A stretch of DNA of 64,000 bases, taken from the NCBI GenBank assembly GCA_965205975.1, contig OZ242195.1, positions 1,984,001 to 2,048,000 of the forward strand, read 5' to 3'. The notes below the pieces were generated by a model. It ran no database searches. It was not told the DNA's origin and worked only from the letters and a program-made list of their open reading frames with translations. The DNA is from Candidatus Latescibacterota bacterium. GTDB lineage: Bacteria > Latescibacterota > UBA2968. Positions 8,851 to 19,338 of this stretch are shown here, piece after piece. Positions within the stretch are counted from its first letter, which is position 1. Every line of letters starts with the position of its first letter. The position numbers and the translations under genes were made by a program.

Positions 8851-10494
8851 ATGAAAGCAATTCACAACCTGCAGCCAGACAGGATATTTTACAATGGCAA
8901 CCTGATCACCATGGCCGATCACAAAGGGACTGCGGTTGCCGTGTTGAAAGGATCTATATGCGCTGTGGGATCTGATCGTGAAATTATCGACCTTGCAGGT
9001 CCCAACACCGAACTTACCGACCTGGCGGGAAAAACCCTGCTACCCGGATTTTACGACACACATGGACATTTTCCAAGCGCGGGCCTCGTGGCTGTTTCCT
9101 CTGTAAATTGCAATTCTCCGCCGATGGGACCCGTGGAAAAAATCGATGATATTGTCCAGCTATTGGCAGAACGCGCCAAAGACGTACCAGAGGACCAGTG
9201 GGTATTGGGCAGAGGCTACGACGATACCTTACTGGAGGAGAAACGACACCCCACACGAACAGACCTGGATCGCGCTTCGCAGAACCATCCGATTTGCATC
9301 GTCCACACCTCAGGCCATTTTGCTGCAGCAAACACACGCGCATTAGAACGCGCCGGAGTCCATTCCGACACGCCCAATCCAACGGGTGGCGTGATTCGCA
9401 AAGACCTCATCACGGGTGAGCCGGATGGTGTCCTGGAAGAGACCGCAATGCGCCCGGTGAGAAATCTGATCCCCCCATTGGACGAAGCCCAGTGGTTTGA
9501 GGGATTGGAGATCGCGGTAAATGAATATGTCCGTGAAGGCGTAACCTCCGTAGTAATCGCTGGCTGTACTCGCCGCGACATTGCGCGCCTGCAAACAGCC
9601 ATCGACAGCGGCAAGCTACCCCTGCGCATGGTTTGCATGACCGGGAAAAGCAAGCCCGGTCAGCAGTCGATTCTGGAGACAAGCGGATTAAAAACGGGCT
9701 TTGGAACAGACCGCTTGCGATTGGGTGCGGTAAAAATGTTTCAGGATGGATCAATCCAGGGCTATACGGGTTATCTGAGCAAACCCTATCACGAACCATT
9801 TATGGGCGATACTCAGTATCGCGGTTATCCGATGCGAAGCCGAGAAGCATTGGTAGAGATGGTAGATGAAGCTCATAGAGCTGGTAAGCAGATTGCGATA
9901 CACGGCAATGGAGACGCGGCAATCGACGATATTTTATCTGCCTACGAACAGGCACAACAAAAAACGCCCCGCACAGATACGCGGCATCGCATAGAACACT
10001 GTCAAACAGTCAGAGAAGATCAGCTCGATAAAATGCAGACACTGGGCGTAACCCCCTCTTTTTTTGTTCAGCACACCTATTACTGGGGCGACCGCCACGA
10101 AGCGATCTTTTTGGGACCCGAGCGCGCGCATCGAATCAGCCCACTGAAATCGGCGTCCGACCGTGGAATCCGCTTTACCATCCACAACGACTCGCCAGTA
10201 ACACCTACCAAATCGCTCTTTTCCGTCTGGTCCGCAGTGAACCGCCTATCGCGCAGTGGACAGTGCATGGGCGAAGCACAGCGGATCGATCTTGAACTGG
10301 CATTTCGGGCAATCACTATTGACGCTGCCTGGCAGAATTTTGAAGAAGATGCAAAAGGATCGATAGAGGTTGGCAAGCTGGCGGACTTCGTAGTTTTAGA
10401 ATCAGATCCATTCGCAGGAGATATATTGGATGTGAAGGATATTGATATAATGGAGACAATTGTGGGAGGCAAAACAGTATATCGAAAAGCGTGA
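8851..10494 (+). CDS. Amidohydrolase 3 family metallo-hydrolase (YtcJ-like)
   Basis: PGFYDTHGH, KMFQDGS, IHGNGD, RHRIEHCQ and GSIEVGKLADFVVL. Confidence 0.9.
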   Translation: MKAIHNLQPDRIFYNGNLITMADHKGTAVAVLKGSICAVGSDREIIDLAGPNTELTDLAGKTLLPGFYDTHGHFPSAGLVAVSSVNCNSPPMGPVEKIDDIVQLLAERAKDVPEDQWVLGRGYDDTLLEEKRHPTRTDLDRASQNHPICIVHTSGHFAAANTRALERAGVHSDTPNPTGGVIRKDLITGEPDGVLEETAMRPVRNLIPPLDEAQWFEGLEIAVNEYVREGVTSVVIAGCTRRDIARLQTAIDSGKLPLRMVCMTGKSKPGQQSILETSGLKTGFGTDRLRLGAVKMFQDGSIQGYTGYLSKPYHEPFMGDTQYRGYPMRSREALVEMVDEAHRAGKQIAIHGNGDAAIDDILSAYEQAQQKTPRTDTRHRIEHCQTVREDQLDKMQTLGVTPSFFVQHTYYWGDRHEAIFLGPERAHRISPLKSASDRGIRFTIHNDSPVTPTKSLFSVWSAVNRLSRSGQCMGEAQRIDLELAFRAITIDAAWQNFEEDAKGSIEVGKLADFVVLESDPFAGDILDVKDIDIMETIVGGKTVYRKA

Positions 10495-10526
10495 TAACGA
10501 CCGCAAAATACAATCATTTAAAAAGG

Positions 10527-10566
10527 AAAGAACGGCAACTTTTCAGCAGTTTGCCGTTCTTTTTTT
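10527..10566 (+). terminator. Rho-independent terminator
   Basis: AAAGAACGGCAA...TTGCCGTTCTTT followed by a T-run. Confidence 0.8.
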
Positions 10567-10601
10567 AGTGATTACAATATGTCGGACAGAATTCATTTCG
10601 C

Positions 10602-10630
10602 TTGCATTTGAAAATCAAGTTCCTTAATAT
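10602..10630 (+). promoter_or_regulatory. Sigma-70-type promoter of the TonB receptor operon
   Basis: TTGCAT-N17-TAATAT in an AT-rich spacer. TGTC-G-GACA palindrome upstream at 10580-10588. Confidence 0.5.
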
Positions 10631-10712
10631 ATTAAAGTAAAATATTTTATTTTTTAAATAAGTTTTAAAATTATAGAACAAAATAAAAAATAATATCATA
10701 TAGGGAGGTCAA

Positions 10713-11411
10713 ATGAAAAATGTATTCTCGATTTTATGCATTGTCGTGCTGTTGCCAAATGCGCAGGCAACAGCACGAGAAGGTGCTTTTGGCGCTGGCG
10801 GATTTTTCGACTTCTACATTCCCGTCTTTAACTTCAAAGATATGTACGATAGTGGTACAAAATTTGGAGGCACAGCGCATTATATTTATCACAAGCGCAA
10901 GATGGCCGAAGTAGAATTTCACCATGCCCGCTTTAACAATGGCAGCCTTGAAACACGCACCTTCAGTTTCAGCGACGGTAAAGAGTACACCAGCCCACAG
11001 GCCGAAGCCAACATGACCATTAACAGCATCAATGCCAACTGGCTATTTGCACTGCGGGAACAGGGGTTTGGCCAGGGCACAACGCTCTATCTCACATTTG
11101 GCGCGGGCCTTCACGATTATTCCAGCAAAGTCAGCGGTCTGATCTTTGCCGGTCAAACACCATCGGGTGCCGGTGCGCCCCCCGACCCAACCATCCTCCT
11201 GGAACCCATCAACGACACGCGCACAGCCTTTAGTGCCAGCTTTGGCGGCGGGGTTCAAATCGGTATGGGAGACAAAGCCGCGTTAGATGTGCGTGTACGC
11301 TATAATGTTGTAATGGGGGAGTTGCGCCCTTTCCTTGTTTGGGGCATTGAAAAAACATATCCCTTCAACCTCATTGATATCGGTGCAGGTATCAAATTCA
11401 ACTTAAATTAA
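10713..11411 (+). CDS. Outer-membrane beta-barrel protein (OmpA/OmpW-like)
   Basis: Signal peptide, amphipathic strands, C-terminal IGAGIKFNLN and GGAGG RBS. Confidence 0.7.
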   Translation: MKNVFSILCIVVLLPNAQATAREGAFGAGGFFDFYIPVFNFKDMYDSGTKFGGTAHYIYHKRKMAEVEFHHARFNNGSLETRTFSFSDGKEYTSPQAEANMTINSINANWLFALREQGFGQGTTLYLTFGAGLHDYSSKVSGLIFAGQTPSGAGAPPDPTILLEPINDTRTAFSASFGGGVQIGMGDKAALDVRVRYNVVMGELRPFLVWGIEKTYPFNLIDIGAGIKFNLN

Positions 11412-11423
11412 GGAGAGCCGCGA

Positions 11424-14400
11424 ATGAAACGAATCGTTATGATTTTCACACTTCTGTGTTTAGCCTCTCACCTCCAGGCAGGCACCACGGGTAAAATCGC
11501 TGGTATCATCAAAGACGATCGGGGCAATCCGCTTCCCGGCACTAATGTAATCGTAGAAGGCACGCGACTCGGTGCTGTGGCAGATGCCGACGGCAGCTAT
11601 TTTATCATCAATATCCTGCCGGGAAGATACACACTCACGGCCTCGCTTATCGGATATACCAATCAAACCCAGAGCGATGTATCGGTCAAAACGGATTTCA
11701 CCACGCCTCTCAACTTTGAACTCAAAGAAACCACAGTCGAATTAGCCGAGCTCACAGTCGTGGCCGAACGCCCACCCGTGGAAAAAGACAAAACCACGAG
11801 CAAATACATCATGGGCGGTGATGCGATTGATCGGCTATCTACAGCGGCAAATACCTCAGAACTCATGAGCCTTCAGGCCGGTGTCTCTCTCGACAACAAC
11901 GAACCCGCCATTCGCGGCAGCTATCAGGGCAACCGCGGCACCTCGGAAACACTTGTCTATGTGGATGGCGTTGTCATGGATGCGGGCACTGCCCGGGGCG
12001 ACGTTCAATTTGTCGGTGTCAACAGTGCCGCCGTGCAAGAAATTACCGTCATCACTGGCGGAATGGAGGCCGAATACGGCAATGCCACATCCGGTGCCAT
12101 TCACATCATCACCCGCGAAGGCGGCAAAAATTTTCACGGCAAGAGCCGCCTCACCTATATTCCGCCCGGCAAAAAACACTGGGGTGGCAATGTCTATGAC
12201 AGTCCCATCCACAAAGGCAGAATGAAATGGGGCGATGCGACCTGGGAAAATGAAACATACACAGACCCCGGTCCAGACCGCCAGATGGGAACGGGCGACG
12301 ACATCACCCGCCTGGCGCACGAGCGCACGGACTATACCGGCATTCACGGTTATGAAGTCGATGGGGCTCTCTCGGGTCCATTGCTGGGAAATGCTTCCTT
12401 TTTTGTCACCGCACAGCACGAGGGGCAAGCCTCGCATTTTCCCTCCCCCACCAAACGCGGCATCTTCCATCAGGCCGTCTCAACATCTCCACAAACCGCC
12501 CGCTGGATCGAATCGCCCTACAACATCAAAGGCACCTACAAGCTGGGATGGGATGTACAATCCAACATAAAGGTTAAAGTCGGTGGGGTTTATGCACGCC
12601 ACGAAGCCTATCAAGTTGGCGAGGGTGAAAGCTGGGTACAGGGCGTCAAACGCACCGTTGGTCGAGAACTTCAGGGCATCGACATTTTCCTGCCCGCAGA
12701 AGAAGCTGGCGCGGGCATCGCCAACGTCAAACACGACCTGGCATACATATCCCTCACGCATACCCTGAGCAACAAAACTTTTTACGAAGCCCGGCTATCC
12801 TATTACCGGGACGCCACGGACACGACCAATGTGCCCGGTGTCACCAGCCAATTTGGCGGCGGCATTACAGAACCGCTCAGAAAAGATCAGGACGGGGTAT
12901 TCACCATTGGCCCCAGGCGGGTCTCCATCTGGATCAACGACCATCGCGCCCGCCTCAACTTCAAACTCGATTATTCCAGCCAGATCAACAAGAACCACTT
13001 CATCAAAACCGGCATTGACCTGACGCGACACACCTACTGGTGGAACCAGATCAACTGGCCTCAGGCGGGCAAATCGCGCTATCAGCTCGCGGGCGTGCCC
13101 TACGAAATGGGCGAACCCATTAACCCCATCCAATCCGCCTTCTACCTCCAGGACAAAATGGAATTCGAAGGCATCATCGTCAACCTGGGCATCCGCTACG
13201 ACAGACATGACCACAATGGCGATTTTTACTCTCCACTTGCCAACAATGCCTGGGGCGGAGCCCCCATGACCAACTCGTGGTCGCGACAGCGCAAATTTAT
13301 GCCGCGCACCTCTGTATCGACCAAATCGGCATGGAGTCCTCGCCTGGGTGTTTCACACCCCATTACGGCCAGTGCCATCATTCGATTTTCCTACGGTATC
13401 TTTCACCAGATGCCCGGATTCTGGCACCTCTATTCCTATGAATGGCGCGGCGTTGCCCCTCCCGAAGACTTCAACAACAATGGACAGATCGACGATACCG
13501 AATGGCTGAACAAAAACAACCAGCGAGCCACTACGGGCAACCCCCATCTCGACTACAAACGCTCCACCAATTTCGAGGTGGGTACAGACTGGAACTTCTA
13601 TCAGGATTATGTCCTGAGCTTTACGACTTATCAGCAAAGTGTAGATGGTCAGGTTCGATTTGGCAATGCCCTGTGGCGAGATCCCAGTCGCAAAAGTCAG
13701 GTGGGGCGCAACACACCGCTGGGCTATGTCTTTACAGACAATCGCGGATTTGAAATGAGCCTGCGAAAGGACTTCAGCCAGAACTTCTCCTTCCAGGTCG
13801 CGTACAACCACCAGTGGCAGTCGGGAGGTAATGCGGGAATCAACCGGATTATTTACTTCCCCAACTCGCAATTTGTCGCATCCGATCTCTATTTCGTCCA
13901 GCACACCAAAGACACCAATGGCGATGGCGTAGTCAATGCCAGCGACGACGGTTCAGAAGCAAAAGTGCCGCTCACATCGCAGCAGATTCAGGACATCGGT
14001 GCCGAGGCAGACCGCTATATCCAGACCATCCGAGAAGGCACCAACCCAGACTGGAATCCGCTGACCGACAGCGAGATTCAGGAAGTGGAAAATCTTCCAG
14101 GCGTCTTTTACTTCACCCGCAACACCACCTCTGATCGCAGTGCGGGTCGCGGGGGCCGCGCAGAAACCGCTGGTTTTGGCGACCGACGCGGCACCATGAA
14201 AATCGCGTTTACGTATGAAACGCCAATGCATTACGGCCCAGCCCTCGGCGGCTTCAGACTCAATTTGATCAACACCTTGAAAACGGGACGCCGAATCAGC
14301 ATTCCGCATCCCACACAGGGCAATGTCGAGCGATTTGGACCTATGGAAACCAAGACCCACCTGTCTTTGGAAAAACGCTTCCGCACAGGTCGAACCGAAG

Positions 14401-14645
14401 CCACCCTGTTTATGAACGTGTACAACTTCTTCAACCAGCGCGACCCGGCCACCGAATATTTCTGGCGCGGTCCCTGGTTTGATCGACACAATCAGGGCCC
14501 ACAGGCCGAACTCTGGTATCTCTACGGCATGGACATGCCCAAACCCACGGACAACAATTATATCCAATACGGCGATACCAAAGAATACCACCGCTGGGCA
14601 GGACGACCTCGAGAGATCAGCGTAGGTCTCCAGCTCGGATTTTAA
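11424..14645 (+). CDS. TonB-dependent receptor with N-terminal carboxypeptidase-regulatory-like domain
   Basis: GTTGKIAG...GNPLPGTNVIVEGT, plug motif ITGGMEAEYGNATSG, LQDKMEF, WSPRLG and C-terminal Phe. Confidence 0.9.
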   Translation: MKRIVMIFTLLCLASHLQAGTTGKIAGIIKDDRGNPLPGTNVIVEGTRLGAVADADGSYFIINILPGRYTLTASLIGYTNQTQSDVSVKTDFTTPLNFELKETTVELAELTVVAERPPVEKDKTTSKYIMGGDAIDRLSTAANTSELMSLQAGVSLDNNEPAIRGSYQGNRGTSETLVYVDGVVMDAGTARGDVQFVGVNSAAVQEITVITGGMEAEYGNATSGAIHIITREGGKNFHGKSRLTYIPPGKKHWGGNVYDSPIHKGRMKWGDATWENETYTDPGPDRQMGTGDDITRLAHERTDYTGIHGYEVDGALSGPLLGNASFFVTAQHEGQASHFPSPTKRGIFHQAVSTSPQTARWIESPYNIKGTYKLGWDVQSNIKVKVGGVYARHEAYQVGEGESWVQGVKRTVGRELQGIDIFLPAEEAGAGIANVKHDLAYISLTHTLSNKTFYEARLSYYRDATDTTNVPGVTSQFGGGITEPLRKDQDGVFTIGPRRVSIWINDHRARLNFKLDYSSQINKNHFIKTGIDLTRHTYWWNQINWPQAGKSRYQLAGVPYEMGEPINPIQSAFYLQDKMEFEGIIVNLGIRYDRHDHNGDFYSPLANNAWGGAPMTNSWSRQRKFMPRTSVSTKSAWSPRLGVSHPITASAIIRFSYGIFHQMPGFWHLYSYEWRGVAPPEDFNNNGQIDDTEWLNKNNQRATTGNPHLDYKRSTNFEVGTDWNFYQDYVLSFTTYQQSVDGQVRFGNALWRDPSRKSQVGRNTPLGYVFTDNRGFEMSLRKDFSQNFSFQVAYNHQWQSGGNAGINRIIYFPNSQFVASDLYFVQHTKDTNGDGVVNASDDGSEAKVPLTSQQIQDIGAEADRYIQTIREGTNPDWNPLTDSEIQEVENLPGVFYFTRNTTSDRSAGRGGRAETAGFGDRRGTMKIAFTYETPMHYGPALGGFRLNLINTLKTGRRISIPHPTQGNVERFGPMETKTHLSLEKRFRTGRTEATLFMNVYNFFNQRDPATEYFWRGPWFDRHNQGPQAELWYLYGMDMPKPTDNNYIQYGDTKEYHRWAGRPREISVGLQLGF

Positions 14646-14660
14646 CTGAGGAGCAATAAC

Positions 14661-16970
14661 ATGTATCCATTGAAACACATCGGATGGATGGGCGTTCTAT
14701 GCGTACTGATATTTGCATCCGAAATCTATGCCCAGCAACCCGAACTTCAACGCCACTTGACCCGGGGCAAGCTCTGGGCCACCTTTCGCAATACTGGCAC
14801 CCAGGGCCTGCGCGACGACAGCCGCCTGGGCGCAGATGCCGGCTTGATGTATCCCGGCTGGGGCATTGGGGAACGCGATTTTACCGAATACTGGATCATT
14901 GGGCAGGACAACGACCACCGCTATCACACCAGCCAGGGCGAGGGTTTTTGGGTTTTTACCAGAGAAGGTGGATCATATAATGTATCCACCTCCAACCCAC
15001 GCTACAATACCGACGACATCTTTGAAATGATCTACGATGCCGCTTCGGGTCCAGAGCGCGATCTGGGCGTTGAAACCCGGTCGTTCCTCACGGGCAATAC
15101 CACGGCCAATTACTGGCCAGGAGCACCTGCACTGGTGGCCGACGAACCCATCGAAATCCACAATTACGATTACGGACGTTACATTCCCAACGACAACGAG
15201 GCCGAAGAAATCATCATCTCCAAATGGACGACAGAACGCGGCCTCACCATTACCCGCAAAGCCAGAGCGTGGAGCTATCCGGACTACGACGACTTTATTA
15301 TTCTCGAAGTCATCATCGAAAACACCGGAGATAACAACGGAGACGGCATACCCGATGCAGGGCTACCCGTTGATCACCAGGATGTCTATTTCGCCTTTGT
15401 GAATAACCTGGCCCCATCGTGGGCCGGACACCGCTGGCAAAACCAGACTGTACCGTGGGCGTATTCCGACCCGATCATCCTGGACGATTGGTACAAATAC
15501 AGCGAAGCATCCAATTTCGATGGCTTGCCCGCACTTCGGGGGAAAAAAATCTCTTATGTTTATGACAGCGATCTGCTCTCTTCTTCCGGAGACGACACGG
15601 GCCAGCCTTTCGATAAGAACAACGCCCAGGCAGCCTATATCAACCGGGGCCAGCTCAACCACGGTGAACTCATGGCTTTCCAGTACATCGGCCTGGCACC
15701 CCTCGACTACGACCCCACCGACGGGTTCACCAACGACACCGAGACCTACGTGGCCCCCAAAACAATGGACCAGCCCGCCTTCGCCAACTGGTGGGAGATC
15801 TTCGGGCGCTTCGATTGGGACACGCCAGACATTACCAATCTGAATAGCGACGAGAACCTCTACAATGAATTTATTGGTTTGGGTAGAGTTCCAGCCGATC
15901 AACCCAACCCCGACCATATCAGCCGCGTAACCTTCGCACATACTTATGGACCTTATGATCTGGCTCCCGGAGAAAAAGCCAAAGTCGTGGTCGCCTGGGT
16001 CGCCGGATCGGGTGCTGAATTTGCCGGTCCCGGCGGCAGTCCCATGGATGTTTACGAATGGGCGCGCCAGGGCAACCAGAGCCAGGTAGCCGACGGCGAA
16101 CGCGCGATGGCACAACATCTGGAACGCGCGCAATTTGCCTACGACAACAATTACGACCTGCCAGACGCGCCTCCCGATGTTGCCGTATTTGTAGATAGCG
16201 ACGAAAACGGGAACAACGCCATCACCTGGTCTGACCGAGCAGAAAAGTCCCCTGACCCGGATTACACGGGCGATGAAGCCCTGGATGTGCAGGGCTACCG
16301 GGTCTATCGCACCCAAAACAACCATCTGGGACCCTGGGAACTCGTGGCCGATATCCCCAGGGGAACTACCCCGACCAACACGGAGTATGCCCCCAGCACG
16401 CCCTGGACTTCTCCCACGATCTCCTACGCCGATGGGGGAACCTACACCTATCGAGACGTAAATTCAGTGCCTGGTTTCAGATACTGGTATTCGGTGCGCA
16501 CGTACGATTCCGGGCACAGCGACTGGAACGGCACAGGCCGATCCATTCCATCTCTGGAATCCGGGCACAGTGCACCGGAACAGCGCATGAATGTTTCGAG
16601 AAGCCCCATTGTGATTGCAACCGCTGAAAAAGACGCGCTAGCCGAACAGGTGCGCGTGGTACCCAATCCTTTTCGAGACGATCCGGGAGACGCCGATCAC
16701 CGGTATCCACCCGCCAGCAACAATATTCGCTTTGTCAATATTCCCCGAAAGGCCAAAATCTCCATCTTTTCTATCTCCGGAGATCTAATCGCCGTCATCA
16801 ATCACCCGCAACGCGCCACCGACCCCGATAGGGGCGAAGCCACCTGGGATCAGCGCACGCGCACATTTTCCGGGCGCGTCGCCGCCGGACGCTATTACTA
16901 TGTGGTAGAATCTCTGGTTGCTGGTGAAACGGGCAAAAAGCAAACCGGGATGTTTATGATCATCAAATAG
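14661..16970 (+). CDS. Secreted protein with FN3-like domain and T9SS-type C-terminal sorting domain
   Basis: Signal peptide, QGYRVYR, YWYSVRTYD and C-terminal VRVVPNPF...ISIFSISGDLI...AAGRYYYVV...GMFMIIK. Confidence 0.7.
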   Translation: MYPLKHIGWMGVLCVLIFASEIYAQQPELQRHLTRGKLWATFRNTGTQGLRDDSRLGADAGLMYPGWGIGERDFTEYWIIGQDNDHRYHTSQGEGFWVFTREGGSYNVSTSNPRYNTDDIFEMIYDAASGPERDLGVETRSFLTGNTTANYWPGAPALVADEPIEIHNYDYGRYIPNDNEAEEIIISKWTTERGLTITRKARAWSYPDYDDFIILEVIIENTGDNNGDGIPDAGLPVDHQDVYFAFVNNLAPSWAGHRWQNQTVPWAYSDPIILDDWYKYSEASNFDGLPALRGKKISYVYDSDLLSSSGDDTGQPFDKNNAQAAYINRGQLNHGELMAFQYIGLAPLDYDPTDGFTNDTETYVAPKTMDQPAFANWWEIFGRFDWDTPDITNLNSDENLYNEFIGLGRVPADQPNPDHISRVTFAHTYGPYDLAPGEKAKVVVAWVAGSGAEFAGPGGSPMDVYEWARQGNQSQVADGERAMAQHLERAQFAYDNNYDLPDAPPDVAVFVDSDENGNNAITWSDRAEKSPDPDYTGDEALDVQGYRVYRTQNNHLGPWELVADIPRGTTPTNTEYAPSTPWTSPTISYADGGTYTYRDVNSVPGFRYWYSVRTYDSGHSDWNGTGRSIPSLESGHSAPEQRMNVSRSPIVIATAEKDALAEQVRVVPNPFRDDPGDADHRYPPASNNIRFVNIPRKAKISIFSISGDLIAVINHPQRATDPDRGEATWDQRTRTFSGRVAAGRYYYVVESLVAGETGKKQTGMFMIIK

Positions 16971-16986
16971 TACAAAGGAGATACAC

Positions 16987-17928
16987 GTGAAACGCTTACA
17001 AACAACGCTCATCCTGGTCTTCACTGCCTTTGTCCTATCGGCAACAGGCGCAGAAGCCGGGTTAAAAAAACTCGGCAATGCCGGGTTCACCTTCCTCAAA
17101 GTCTCTCAAAGCGCGCGCGCAGTTGCTATGGGCGATGCTTACACCGCAGTGGGCACAGGTGTCGATGCCATGTTCTGGAATCCAGCGGGCATCACGCAAA
17201 TCAATCGCGCCGCTTTTAGCCTGGGATACAACAACTGGATGGTCAATTCCCAATTTTATTCAGGTGCATTTGCCTATAATTTGGGAACACAGGCCATAGG
17301 CATCACGGTCTTGTCTTTCACACCCGATGAATTTGAAGAAACCACCATTTTTCAGCCCAATGGCACGGGCAATATCATTAAAGACAGCGACTTTGCTGTT
17401 GGCCTGACCTATGCCATCAAATTCACCGACAGATTGTCATTTGGCGCCCAGGGCAGATATATTCGAGAGACGCTCTATACCGATGTCAACAGCGGCCTGG
17501 ATATCTCGATAGGCACGCTCTTTTACACCGGATTCCGCTCTTTGCGACTGGCCATGACACTAAAGAATTTCGGACAGGATATCGTCATTATCGATGACAC
17601 AGCCTTCCGCCCCCTCATCTACAGCATCGCGGCTTCAATGGAACTCTACGGCAATCTGGGCGATCCAGTTTCACTTACCGTAGCTGCGGAGAATGCCTTT
17701 TTTGTGGATTTCGAAGGCCGCATTCACACAGGCGCCGAACTCTGGTTGCACAATATTCTCGCACTGCGCGGCGGCTGGAAATTCAACAACGACACCGAGA
17801 GTTTTGCCCTGGGATTTGGCCTCAAATACGCGCTCAATGAGCGTCCCTTTACCCTGGACTTTGCGTATAGCGATATGGGAGAGCTATTGGACCCCACCTA
17901 TCGGATAACCATTGGCGGTTCCTTCTAA
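16987..17928 (+). CDS. PorV/PorQ family outer-membrane protein
   Basis: FLKVSQSARAVAMGDAY and AMFWNPAG signature; C-terminal Phe. Confidence 0.85.
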   Translation: MKRLQTTLILVFTAFVLSATGAEAGLKKLGNAGFTFLKVSQSARAVAMGDAYTAVGTGVDAMFWNPAGITQINRAAFSLGYNNWMVNSQFYSGAFAYNLGTQAIGITVLSFTPDEFEETTIFQPNGTGNIIKDSDFAVGLTYAIKFTDRLSFGAQGRYIRETLYTDVNSGLDISIGTLFYTGFRSLRLAMTLKNFGQDIVIIDDTAFRPLIYSIAASMELYGNLGDPVSLTVAAENAFFVDFEGRIHTGAELWLHNILALRGGWKFNNDTESFALGFGLKYALNERPFTLDFAYSDMGELLDPTYRITIGGSF

Positions 17929-17942
17929 GAAGCGGTCGCGAT

Positions 17943-19322
17943 ATGAAACAGGTCCTTTTGTCGCTGTGTCTCGCGCTGGCTCTCATCGCACCAATTTCAG
18001 GCGAAGATATCCCCGTTATGGCACAGGGAGCCATCCCATTTTGGGTCGATAGAGCTGGGTTTTATGCGCCAGACAGCCTGAACTATGGCGAACTATATCT
18101 CCAATGCCTTTGCCAGCACCTCACATTTAAAGAATCAAATGACCGCCAACGGGCCACCTACCGCGTAGAAGCAACCTTTTACACCGAGCGCGATACCATT
18201 CCCTTCAAATGGGAAAAACAGATTGTCACAGGCGTGGGAATAGATCTGCGCGACCAAATGATTACAGAGGCGTTGCGCTTCAGAATCGCTCCCGGCACCT
18301 ACCGGGGTCGCGTTCGCCTGAAAGATTTGCAGGCCAATGCTGAAGGCACCTGTGAACTTGCCTTTACAATGCCCGAATTTGACAGCGCCGCCTTGATCAT
18401 GAGCGACATCCAGTTTGCCCATCGAATTGACGCCGAGAACTCACAGACCAGCAGCAGCCTGGTCAAAAATGGGTTCAAAATCATTCCCAATACGCGCAGG
18501 TCAATAGACACGACCTTAAACATCTACTTTGAACTGTATGGCCTTGCCGAAGGCGAGGGACGCGCTGCAACTTTTGACCTCGCCTATACCCTCCTGGATA
18601 CCGCGGGACAGCGGATCAAAAACTTTCCCTCAGCGCGCTACCGCAAACCCGGCACAACTGCAATTAAAACCGAATCTCTCGATCTCAAAGGTGTACCGCC
18701 AGGGCATTATGTACTGCAAATCACTACCCGCGATAATGGCACTGGCAAAATGACCACGCGCCAGAGAACCTTTTCAATTGTAGATGTGCAAAAACCCACA
18801 CTGGCAACAGACCCCGCCTCTTTAAAACGCTATTACAAACAAATCCGCTACATCGCCACAAAAGCTGAACGAGAAACCTATGCCTCCTTGAGCACGGCCG
18901 AGAAAGTGAAATTTATTCTCTCTTTCTGGAAAAAACATGATCCAACGCCTCTAACGCCCGAAAATGAATTTGCCACCGAACATTTCAAGCGCATCCGCTA
19001 TGCAGACGAACGCTTCTCTGCGCGTCCAGGACAAAAGGGATCGGATACCGATCAGGGGCGCATCCACATCAAGTATGGCCTGCCAACAGACATTGAGCGC
19101 AGTCCGTTTAGTGCTACCGGCAAAGCTTTTGAAATTTGGACCTACGAACACCTCAACTACTACGAGTTTGTATTTCTGGATCGCCTCGGAGATGGCGTTT
19201 ATGAAATGATCCACGCCACCATGCCAGGAGAACGCTACAACCCCAACTGGCGAGACGAACAAGCCATCGGTGACCAAACCGACCCCACATCGCTGCCATC
19301 TGAGGCATATTCTCCGCCATAA
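17943..19322 (+). CDS. GWxTD domain-containing protein (variant GSDTD)
   Basis: FWKKHDPTP..ENEF..EHFKRIRYADERF...GSDTDQGRIHIKYGLP...EIWTY. Confidence 0.85.
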   Translation: MKQVLLSLCLALALIAPISGEDIPVMAQGAIPFWVDRAGFYAPDSLNYGELYLQCLCQHLTFKESNDRQRATYRVEATFYTERDTIPFKWEKQIVTGVGIDLRDQMITEALRFRIAPGTYRGRVRLKDLQANAEGTCELAFTMPEFDSAALIMSDIQFAHRIDAENSQTSSSLVKNGFKIIPNTRRSIDTTLNIYFELYGLAEGEGRAATFDLAYTLLDTAGQRIKNFPSARYRKPGTTAIKTESLDLKGVPPGHYVLQITTRDNGTGKMTTRQRTFSIVDVQKPTLATDPASLKRYYKQIRYIATKAERETYASLSTAEKVKFILSFWKKHDPTPLTPENEFATEHFKRIRYADERFSARPGQKGSDTDQGRIHIKYGLPTDIERSPFSATGKAFEIWTYEHLNYYEFVFLDRLGDGVYEMIHATMPGERYNPNWRDEQAIGDQTDPTSLPSEAYSPP

Positions 19323-19338
19323 GCAATCGATCAAACCT

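Noticed and set aside
15363..16325. 320-aa minus-strand ORF
   Set aside because: Antisense shadow of the secreted CTD protein.
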